Assembly (NCBI GenBank): GCA_024679065.1
Contig: JAGIQG010000009.1
Coordinates: forward strand, 107,570,001 to 107,634,000
Length of the DNA stretch: 64,000 bases
Reading direction: 5' to 3'
DNA from: Sphyrna mokarran
Lineage: Eukaryota
This document shows positions 39,801-51,800 of the stretch, in pieces. The stretch's first letter is position 1; every line of letters begins with the position of its first letter. Below the pieces are notes generated by a model that saw only the letters and a list, made by a program, of their open reading frames with translations, made no database searches and was not told the origin of the DNA. The translations under genes were made by a program, and so were the position numbers.

Positions 39801-42800
39801 CATGGATGGAGAGTCTAGAAATAACACCAGTAGGCAGTCGCCTCCCCACATCTCACTCTTACCTCGGCCCCGCCCTATGTAAGGAGCAAAAGGATGGATA
39901 GAGGCAAGATTGGACCTCTCAGGGACAGAGGAGGGGATCTATGCTTAGAGCCTGAGGGAATGGGGGAGATCCTGAATGAATACTTTGTGTCGGTATTCAT
40001 GCAGGAGACTGGCCAGATGTCTGTTGCTGATTTTGACAAAGTTGAGGATCTGTTGAGGGAAATAAAGATTACGAGGAAAGAGGTGTTGGGGCTGTTAGGC
40101 AGCTTAAAGACATATAAAGCTCCGGGACCTGATGGCATTTACCCCAGGCTGCTAAGGGAGTTGAGGGAAGACCTAGCTGGGCCTCTGACGCAAATTTTTG
40201 TCTCTTCCTTGGACACAGGTGAGGTCCCAGAGGACTGGAGGATAGCAAACGTAGCACCGTTGTTTAAAAAAGGTCAGAGGGATCACCCAGGGAACTATAG
40301 GCCGGTGAGCTTGACTTCAGTTATAGGTAAGCTAATGGAGAGGATCCTCAGAGACAGGATGTATGAGCATCTGGAGCGCTGCGATCTGATCAGGGATATG
40401 CAGCATGGCTTCGTCAAGGGGAAGTCTTGTCTTACAAATCTAGTGGAATTTTTTGAAGAAGGGACAAAAACAGTTGATGAAGGACATGCTGTTGATGTCG
40501 TCTACATGGATTTCAGTAAGGCGTTTGACAAGGTTCCTCATGGTAGACTGATAGAGAAGATGAAGGCGCATGGGATACAGGCCCAGCTATGTAGATGGGT
40601 CGAGAACTGGCTCGGGAGGAGGAGACAGAGGGTAGTAGTGGAAGGCTCTTTTTCTGACTGGAGGCCTGTCACTAGTGGAGTGCCACAAGGCTCAGTACTA
40701 GGTCCTCTTCTATTTGTGGTCTACATAAACGACTTGGAAGTAGGGGTAGGTGGTGAGATCAGCAAATTTGCTGATGACACCAAGATGCTGGGATTGGCGG
40801 GTACAGAAGAGCAGTGTCAGGCAATACAACAGGACATAGACAGGTTGGTAGACTGGGCAGATAGATGGCAAATGGAATTTAATCCGGATAAATGCGAGGG
40901 GATGCATTTTGGCCGGAAAAATGTAGAAGAGAGTTATAGGATAAAAGGTAAAACTATTCGGAGTATAGAGACGCAGAGAGACTTGGGGGTGCAGGTTCAC
41001 AAGTCTCTGAAGGTGTCTTTACAGGTGGAGAAGGTGCTAAAGAAAGCGTATAGTATGTTAGCTTTCATAGAAAAGGGTATAGAATACAAGAGTAGGAGTT
41101 TGATGTTGCAGTTGTATAGAACTTTGGTTAGGCCTCACTTGGCATACTGCGTCCAGTTCTGGTCGCCGTACTATCGGAAGGATGTGGAGTCCTTGGAGAG
41201 AGTGCAGAGGAGGTTTACCAGGATGCTGCCTGGTATGGAAGGACTGTCTTATGAGGAACGATTGAATAGACTGGGGTTGTTTTCCCTTGAAAGACGTCGG
41301 CTTAGAGAGGATCTAATAGAGGTGCATAAGATTATAAGAGGTATAGATAGAGTAAATGGTGGTAAACTTTTTCCACCTTCAGAAATGAATAGGACGAGGG
41401 GTCATGGCCTTAGGGTGAGGGGGGCTACGTATAAGACGAATATTAGAGAGCAGTTTTTCACACAAAGGGTAGTGGGGGTGTGGAATGCACTGCCGAGTAA
41501 GGTGGTGGGAGCAGGCACGCTAAGACTGTTTAAGGGTCTCTTGGACAGCCACATGAGCGGTATGCAGATAGAGGGATATAGTAGGACTGTTTAACTATGA
41601 CTTTTTTTTTCACAGGTAATTCGGTCCAACTTGACCAACAAGGAGCATGCATTCGGCAGGTGGTGCGAGGACAGCTCTTGGATGTTGATTCATGGGTTGC
41701 CTGGTGCTTCATGTCGTAAATGAGTGCTTTATCTGGACCACCTGAAGGGCACCATGACAGCTACAGCGATAGTCACTGAGCTGTGCAGACACTTGGAATT
41801 GGGCCGGTGTCTGCGGGAGTTTGCGCATTCTCCCTGTGGTTGCGTGGGTTTTCTCCGGGCGCTCTGGTTTCCTCCCACATCCCAAAAATTCGCTCTTAGG
41901 CTGATTGGGAAACAAATTGACCCTATATTGAGATTCTTCCATATTAGGAATAACCTAAAATTAGAATAAGAAAATGGAATTGTTACTATAAAGTTATGAC
42001 GGCGGCGCGGGCTCATTGGGCCGAAGGGCCTGTTTCCCGTGCTGTGTTGCTCTTTGACTTCTTTGACTATAGAAAGCATTGGGTTAGCACAACCATTCGG
42101 TAACAGACGGTGGACTAATTTCGCCAGCTATGCAGCTCGATGATAAGTTGCACATCTCTCTCAATGTTCCTTACCTACTGCAATCTATTTGCCGTAACCA
42201 AAGCCAGAGCTCTTAAGAAACACGAACTTTAGATGTTATTTGTCTCGCTCCATACTAATCATTTATACTATCATGTTTCCCTGAATCTAGAATCTTATTA
42301 CTTAACCTAGCTTTAGAGTAATGGCGATTTATCACAGTACAAATCAAGAGTGCGAATCAAAACATGGTACATACCTCTTTTACTGTTTGGGCTCCATTTC
42401 TTTTACCTATAAAGTGTATTAAATAGATTAGATTTTAAAACTGGAACATAATTCGCAATCCTAGTATGAAAGCCAATAGTAAATTAAAATTTTCAGACCG
42501 AAATATATTTCTTCATTATCATAGAATACCAAGAGTGCAGAAGGAGACCATTCGGCCCATCAAGTCTGCACGGACCACAATCCCATCCGCCCCATTCCCG
42601 TAGCCCCATGCATTTACTCTGCGGGTCGCCCTGGCACTAAGGGGCAAATTAGCATGGCCAATCAACCTAACCCGCAAATCTTCGGACTGTGGGAGCAAAC
42701 CAGAATATCCGGAGGAAACTCACACAGACGCGGTAAGAATGAATAAACTCCACACAGACAGTGACTCAAGCCATGAAGTGAACTCGGGTCCCTGGCGCTG

Positions 42801-45800
42801 TGAGGTAGCAAAGCCACCACGTCTGGTGACTTTAGTTTTTACTTTTACAAATCATATTATTTCTAACTCACCGTCATTAATTTTGCATGTGACTTTTAAA
42901 ATTTAGATCATTTAAGAGTAAGATTGCCTTTGGAGCAAATTATTTAAACTAATGAGGTTTTCTAAGCTGAACAAGGTAACTTTTTGATATTTTGCAATTT
43001 CGATCACCACGCTGTAATTTTATGAATTCTAAAAATAACATCTAATGCAATGTAGTGCCGCAGTGATGATTTTTCATTGTTGCAGTTTGGACGGTCTCGT
43101 ACTTTTGACTCTCCTGTCGTTCCCTGTTCCATCTCTACTCCACTCCGCTCCTCTTCCTACTTTAAAATTATCTTTTTCAAATTAGTATATTGCAAGCAAC
43201 GCCTAACATGTTCACGTGTGTTTCGTTGTTACTTTTTGCCTGAAGTACATTGACAATAGCGTCAACTTTATTTTATTCCCCCTTGTTGGTCACCAGGATT
43301 AAACATTTAGAGACCGTCCTGCTGTTAGAGCTTCGCAGGAACAAATCTTAAAGGTGCAACAATGTGAGTGGAGATCGCATTAAGCATAGGTTAAAGAGAT
43401 GTGTATTGTCTCCAGATAGGGCACTAAGTGAGATGTTGCTAGTTCAGGCAAGTCATGGAGGTTACAGATAGTTTGACATGAACCCAAGATCCTGGTTTTC
43501 CCTTCCTGTTGGTGAACACTTCAGCAGTCATGGGCATTCAGCCTCTGATCTTCAGTAAACGTTCTCCAAGGCCGCCTTCACGACAGCACAGAGTCACTAA
43601 GCAGAAACTGATAACCAAGTTCCGCACACATAAAGACGGCCTCAACTGGGATCTTGGGTTCATGTCAGATCATCTGTAATCCCCATGACTTGCCTGGGCT
43701 TGTAACATCTCACTTATGTCCTGTCCGGAGACAATACACATCTCTTTAACTTACGCTTAATGCTATCTCCTCTCACATTGTTTGCACCCTTAAGACTTGA
43801 ATAGCAGATTAGCTGTAAAGACTCACATTCTAATGAATTTTCTGTAAACTTGTATGCCTTTATATGCCCTGTGTGATCAGAACTCTCCACTCACCTGACG
43901 AAGGAACAGCGTTCCGAAAGCTGGTGGAGTTTACTATCAAATAAACCTGTTGGACTTTAACCTGGTGTTGTGAGAGTTCTTCTTGTGTTTATCCCAGTCT
44001 AACGCTGGCATGTCCACGTTATGACTCCTATGAGATAGCCAGTTACTTACCTAATTGCCCAAATTTCTCTCTAAGCCCACACCTCCTTACTTTCTTCATG
44101 AGCTGACCATGGGAAACCTTATCAAATGCCTTACCAAAAACTGCTCTACTTTCATCTACGCACTTAGTTACTTCCTCAAAGAATTCAACCAAATTTGTGA
44201 GGCAAGACTTATCCTTCACAAATCCATGTCGACTATCCCAGATTAAGCTGCATCTTTCCAAATGTTCATAAACACTATCCATCAGGACCTTTTCCATTAT
44301 ATTACTGACTACTGAAGACTAACCAGCCTATAATTACCAGGGTCTTACTACCCTTCTTCAAAACAGGACCAACATTTGCCACTCTCCAGTCCTCTGGCAC
44401 AATTCCTGTGGACAGTGAGAACCAAAAGATCAAAGCCAAAGGCTTTGTAATCTCATCCTAGGATATATCCCATCTGGCCCAGAGGACTTATCAACCCTCA
44501 GATTTTTCAAAATTGATAATTCCCTCAGAACATCTACCTCCTCCAGCCTATCAGCCTGTATCACATTCTCATCTTCAAAAACATGGCCCCTCTCCTTGGT
44601 GAACACAACTTCATTTGTCGCCTCTCCCATATCTTCTGACTTTATGTGCAAGTTCCTACTACTATCCTTGAGCCGTCCAAACCTCACCCTGGTCATTCTT
44701 TTATTTCTCACATAAGTGTAAATAGCCTTGGGGTTTTCCTTGATCCGACCCACCAAGGATTTCTCATGCCCGCTCCTACTTCTCTTAATCCGTATTTTTG
44801 AGCTCATTCCTTGCTACCTTGTAACCCTCAAGCGAGCCAACTGAACTTTGTTTTCTCATCCTTACATATGCTTCCTTTTTCCTCTTGACAAGACATTCAA
44901 CCTCTTTTATTAACCATAGTTCCCTCACTCGGCCATTTCTTCCCTGCCCGACAGGAATACACCTCTCAAGGACAAGTATTTGTTCCTTGAACTAGCTCCA
45001 CTTTTCATTTGTGCCTTTCCCTGACAGTTTCTGATCCCATCTTTTGTTCCTTAATTCTTGCCTCATCGCATCATAATTACCCCTCCAATTATAAACCTTG
45101 CTCTGCTGTATAGCCCTACCCCTCTTTATTGCAATAATAAACGGCACCAAAATATAGTCAGAATCTCCAAAGTGCTCTCCACAAACAAATCTAATATTTG
45201 GCCCGGTTCATTACCAGTACCAAGTCCAACGTGGCCCCACCACTTGGCCTATCCACATACTCTGACAGGGAACCCTTTTGCACACACTGTACAAAAATTG
45301 CGCCATCCTAATTATTCAACGTATAAAAGTTCCAATCAATATTCAGAAAGTTAAAGTCACCCATGACAACTGCCCTGTGACTTCCACACTTATCCATGAT
45401 CTGCTTTGCAATTTCTTCCACCGCATCTCTATTATTATTTAGCGGCCTATAGAAAACTCATAACAACGTGACTGCTCCTTTCTTGTTTCTAACTTCAGCC
45501 CATATTATCTCAGTAGGCAGGTCCTCTTCGAACTGCCATTCTGCAGTTTTTAAACTATCTTTGATTAACAATGCTACTCCTCCATCTCTTTTACCACCTT
45601 CCCTCCTCTTACTGAAACATCTATACCCCGGAATTTAAAACAACCATTCTATTCTTGTTCTAACCATGTCTCCGTAATGGCCATAACATCATAGTTCCAG
45701 TACAAATCCATGCTCCAAGTTCACCTACCTTATTCCAGGTGCTGTTCATCTATCTTATTGGGGATGCTAGTTCACCTACCTTATTCCACATGCTAGTTCA

Positions 45801-48800
45801 CCTATCTTATTCTGGATGTCTTACCAAAGCAGGGATCAGAAAAAAAAAACAAGTATGATATGAGGAACATCTTAATGCGTCGATTTGGAAAGGTAACATT
45901 CTGTCTGGTCAGTTATACCTCCAGAAGACGCTCACAAAATGATCCATGGAGTGAAAAACGATTCTTATGAGGAAGCGTTGAGGACTGTGGATATATAGTC
46001 CTTTCAGTTTAGAAGGATAAGGGAGGATCTTATTGAAACTTACAGGATACTATGGTAGTGTGGATGTGCAGATGATGTTTCCACTAGTAGAAAAAAATAG
46101 AACCAGAGAGCAAAACCTCTGGTTAAAGGGACGATCCCTTAAAACAGAGATGAGGAGGAATTTCTTCAGCCAGAGAGTGGTGAATCTGTGGAATTATTTG
46201 CCGCAGAAGATTGTGGAAGCCAGATCATTGAGTGTTTTTAAGACAGTGGTACACAGGATTTTGATTAATAAGGGAATCAGGGGTTATGGGGAAAAGGCAG
46301 GAGAATCAGGACGAGAAAAATATAAGCCATGATGAATGGTGGAGTAAATTCTATGGGCCGAGTGTCCTAATTCTGCTTCTATGTCTTTTGGTCTTATGGT
46401 CTTATACTGGGATTTTTAGTGGAGATAAAAGAAAGAGCAGAGAACTGCAATGGAATCGATGTAATTTATCAGGATTTTCTAAAGGAATTGATAAGATGTC
46501 TGGACTAATGAATAAGGCCAGAAAATGTGTATTTAAGGGATAGGTGCCAGAATGGCTCGCTATCTGACGTTGAGCCAGAAAACAGAGAGTAGAATGAAAG
46601 GGCAGTTATTCAGAATGAATAAAATTGTATTTCACAAGGATTAGTGTTGAGACTGCTGATGCTCGGTGCTTACATTAACAAATTGGTGTTGGAAGCAAAC
46701 ACACAATTTTTAAATTGCCCGATGACCCCACTTTGGGGTGAATCGCTAATATCGAGAAGGTCTCCAACAAATTGCATAGAATACTAACAATATTGAAGAA
46801 AGGGAAGTAAATTCGCAAACATTTAATGATAAAATGGTACATGTTACTAGGAAGAATAAAGAGGTAATTTATTGCCTGTAAGGTGCACGCCCAAGTGGGA
46901 TACAGGACCAGAAGAAATACATCAACCACTAAAGTTTGCTACAGTTGAACAAAGCAAGCCAAGTACTAGCCGTTATTTCTAGGGGAAGAGAATTAAAAGT
47001 AGGGAAATCACACTAAACCTGCATTGAATCTTTGTTAGACTGCACTTAGAATGCAGAGTATAGCTATGGTGGGCATGTTATGAAAATGATATAGAGACAC
47101 TGGAGAAGACGCAGAGAAGATATGCAAGGATGATATCAGAACCCCATAGGTATCAGGAACAATCATAAGAACATAAGAACATAAGAAATCGGAGCAGGTG
47201 TAGGCCATCTAGCCCTTCGACCCTGCCCTGCCATTCAATAAGATCATGGCTGATCTGAAGTGGCTCAGTTCCACTTACTCGCCTGCTCCCCATAACCCTT
47301 AGTCCCCTTATTGATCAGAAATCTATCTAACCATGACTTAAACATATTCAAAGAGGTGGCCTCTACCACTTCAATGGGCAGAGAATTCCAGAGATTCACC
47401 ACTCTCTGAGAGAAGTTCCTCCTCAACTCTATCCTAAACTGACCGCCCCCCCTCTTATTTTGAGGCTGTACCCCGTGGTTCTGGTTTCCTTTCTAAGTGG
47501 AAAGAATCTCTCTGCTTCTAACCTATCTAGGCCCTTCATTATCTTGTAAGTCTCTTTAAAATCACCCCCCAGCCTTCTAAACTCCAACGAGTACAGGCCC
47601 AATCTACTCAATCTTTCTTCATAAACTAACCCTCTCATCTCCAGTAACAGCCTTTGAACCTTCTCTGTACTGCCTCCAAGGCCAATATATTGTTTCGCAA
47701 ATAAAGAGACCAAAACTGCACACAGTACTCCAGTTGCGGCCTCACCAGTGCCTTGTACAGCTGCAGCAAGACTTCCCTGCTTTTATATTCTATCCCCTTC
47801 GCTATAAACGCCAACACTCCATTTGCTTTCTTGATCACCTGCTGTACTTGCAGACTGAGTTTTTGCGATTGGTGCACAAGGACCCCCAGGTCCCACAGTA
47901 GCATGCTGCAACTTTTCACCATTTAAATAATATTCCATCCTACTATTATTTCTTCCAAAGTGGATAACCTCAGATTTGCTAACGTTATACTCCATCTTCC
48001 AGGTCATTGCCCACTTAGTCAGCCTATCCAAATCTGTCTGCAGACTTTCCACATCCTCCATGCAATTCGCTTTTCCACTCACCTTTGTATCATCAGCAAA
48101 CTTTGTTACCCTACAATCAGTCCCCTCCTCCAGATCTCTATGTATCTTCGGTAAGGTAAATGGTAGGGTAGTATATGGTAGGGTTCTTCCCCCCCCCTCA
48201 GAAATTAATGTTTGAATGGTTACTGAAAACAGGAGTTTAAAAATTATGGGTAGGTTTGATGGAGTGGATATAAAGAGAATGATTCTTCTTGTGGGAAATA
48301 TATACATAGAATCAATATAATATGGTGGCAAAAAAATCCGATAGAGAATTCAGAAGAAACCCAAAAGCTGGTAAAAATATGGGACTTGTTACTACAGGGG
48401 GCTGGGTGGTACAAATAGTATAGACACATGTAAGAAAATAAGGGGAAAAGGCATGAATGGTTATATTGATATAATTAAATTTAAAAAGTTAGGAGGAAAT
48501 TTGAATAGATCACGAAGAGCAGTATGGATTAGTCAAGCTGGGTAGCCTGACTCTCCCACATATCCTATATAATTAATATCTACTTATGACACGAGCCATG
48601 ATATTTGCAGCTTCAAATGATACAAAGTTATAAATAATTTTCTAAATTTAACGTAACTAGTGGGCGGCATGGTAGCACAGTGGCCAGCATTGTTGCTTCA
48701 CAGCGCTAGGGTCCCAGGTTCGATTCCCAGCTTCGGTGACTGTCTTCGTGGATTCTCCCTGTATCCTTCGGTTATTTGGGCTTCCTCCCACATTCTGAAA

Positions 48801-51800
48801 GACTTGGTACTGCATTGACCTGAACAGGCGCTGGACTGTGACCAATAGGAGAGTTTCACAGTAACTTCAATATAGTTTTGATGCAAGCCTTACTTGTGAC
48901 TAATAAACTAACTAAAAATTCATTTTGGAAAATAAGAATATTCACGGAAATGCTGGTATTGCTGCAACTTTCAATCATGCTGATTATTGCAGAGACACTG
49001 TAGGTGTACAACAATGTAAACCATAGGTCAGCCACGTTGTTCTTCAGACATATAGTCATTCATGCCTTGCAGGAAAGAAATGGGTATAAAGTTCTCATTC
49101 CACGTCGTAAAATAGAATGAATTCAGAATAATTACCTGGTGGTCCACTGCATTGCCAAATATAAATTATTTTAGTTAGGATGACAGCGAGTACCACAAAA
49201 ACCAGCACCGAGAAAATAAGCAGATATATGTTCCATTGGCTTGGAGGTGTTGTCACATCAGAATCAACATGACCTTTAGAAAGAAAACAACAGTAAAACA
49301 TGCCTTTCTTTCCATCTGCTACAGTGTTTTTGATGGGGTTGGGGGGAGTTATTCTGGACTTCGTACTTCAGCTGAGAAACCGCAGTTTCAGCCTCTCGAT
49401 GCGCACAGCCCCAAGCTAATGAGCAGAGAAGTCAAAATAATGTGTCAACCACAATCCCTATTTGTGTATGGGTGATGACCATTGCTGGTCGTCCATTTTG
49501 TTTGAAAACAAAGTAACTTAAGATGAGAGATAAGAGCATTGATGCAGAATGGCAGGCAGATGGTGAGCAGATAAAGCCTTTAGAACATATCAGTTCTGGG
49601 AACACAAGATTTCTTCAGAAATTGTTTGATTCATTGTAGGGGGATGGTGGAGTGAGCAGTTGTACAACATTCTACACAACTGTCTCCCCTCCCCCCACCC
49701 ACCTCCCCAACCGCCCACACATTCCTCTCTCGTATTTCTGGGCATACAACTAAATTATTTCTTTTCCATTTGCTGCAGCTTTAATTCTTATTGCTATATT
49801 TTGCCATCCCTGAGGATATCTCGAGTTCTGACTCAGCAGCCAGCTGGACACAATGAATATCCCAAATATAAAAAGGTTGAGATGTCTTTAGCTTTGTTGC
49901 TACAGCAAATGACGATCTATGTTCTTGCTGCCTTGTTTTAATTTCTGCTTTTGGAGAGGAAAGGGTGTTCCAATACTATGTTTGCCTATTTCACCAATAC
50001 AGCATTCTAATATCAGACATGTAGAAAGAGAATGATCTAGTGAATCTCACCTAACTAGAATCCTCCTTTCTATTCTGACTTGTTTCGTTCAAATTCATGG
50101 AATGATGATTCCTAATAGCGAGCAGTTATACTGTCGTCAATAATGCAAAATAAGGATCTCCAAATCAAGTTTACTTTTCTGTAACTTCTTTATATTAGGT
50201 TATTCTGGAAATGAAGTTCGTACAGTTTCACCCATTCCACTGTAATTGGTCGTGGTTAACAAGGGGATCAGCTTTATGGTAAGCAAGCGGAATTTAAAGT
50301 TGGATCCACAATTCAATGATTAGCTATTACTGTTCCTATTTCGCTATCTTGTGTTTATGCAACAGCAGGTGGGTATTTTTGTCGAATGCATCATGAACCT
50401 ACAGCTTTAATAACTATGCCTACCTACATGGCTATTAATCCTGAAACCCAGTTATTGTTCTGGGGACCAGGGTTCGAATCCCACCACAGCAGGTGGTGGA
50501 GTTGAATTCGATAAAAAAAAAATTAAGAATGTACTGATGACCATGAAACCATTGTCTATTGTTGAAAAACCCCATCTGGTTCATTAATATTCTTTAGGAA
50601 AGGAAGTCTGCCGTCCTTGCCTGTTTTGGCCAATATGTGACTCTAGAGCAACAGCAATGTGGTAAACTCTCAACTTCCCTCTGAAATGGCCGAACAAGCC
50701 ATTCTGTTATATCAACGTTTCAACAAGGCAGTTCACCACCTTGGTAGTAAAGTAGTTTATGGTAGTATATGGTAGTAAAAAAAAACTTGTAAAGTGCAGT
50801 ATTCGATAGGGCAACTCACTTGAAGTTGAAAGTTCCCAGGGATGGTTGAGATGCATCCCTGAATTGTCGAGAGGGCAGGAATCATGGGGGTACAGGAAAT
50901 GTATGAATTAAAATTAAGTTAGTGTCATGGATTGCAGTCTGCTCTCATGGGCTGCTGCGATTCACGGAGGCAGAGCAACACCATCTTCTCAATGGCAACT
51001 AGAGATGGGCAATAACTTCTGGCCTAGTCAAAGACACCCATGTCCCACGAATGAATTTTTAAAAAGTGTTGGTGTAACAAGTAGACTTATATTAGCACTG
51101 CAATAAAGTTGTTATGAAAATCCTCTATGAGGGTATATGTACAGAAATCGATGGAATTACCAGGGCGTGTTGAGAAAGTGGTTTGCAAGGCATACAGCAA
51201 CCAAGGCTTTATGAACAGAAGCACTGAATGCAGAAGTAAGGATGCTATGGCGATTTTAAAAAAAAACTTAAACGCCAGTTAGGCTTCAACTGGGGCATTG
51301 TTCCCAATTCTGGGTGCCAAACTTTCCAAAACGATGTTAAGGCTTTGGGGAGTATGCAGAAACGATTTACAAAAATATTTCCAGATTTGAAAGACTTCAA
51401 TATGTGGATAGATTGGCGAACCCGCTAGGCTTGTTTCTCCTCGAAGGACAGAGATTAAAAAGAGATTTCATAGAGGCATTCGCGATCATGACAGTCTGGA
51501 TAGACGAGTTGGAGTCAAATTGCTCTCTGATATAATAGTGTCGAGAAGGAGATGAGATGGATTTCAGGTGATCCGCCAACAAGGATATGACGAAACTAAA
51601 GCATTCATCTCACGTACTGAGTGGTTAGGACCTGGAATCCACTGGTTCAGAGTGAGTAGGAGGCAGCTAGTTCTGAGTTTTAAAAAAGAAGTAAATAAGA
51701 ATCTAACGTTCAAAATAGAATGTGATACGGTTTCAGAAAAGTGTCAGGGATTGGAGCACATTGTGTTGCTTTAGAGGTGAGCTTGTACAACAAGCATGCA

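Noticed and set aside
43003-43156. Purine-rich exon-like stretch containing HYIAL (YxxL) in a gene C intron
   Set aside because: The acceptor is weak, and in the phase required after the TM exon the frame stops before the tyrosine.
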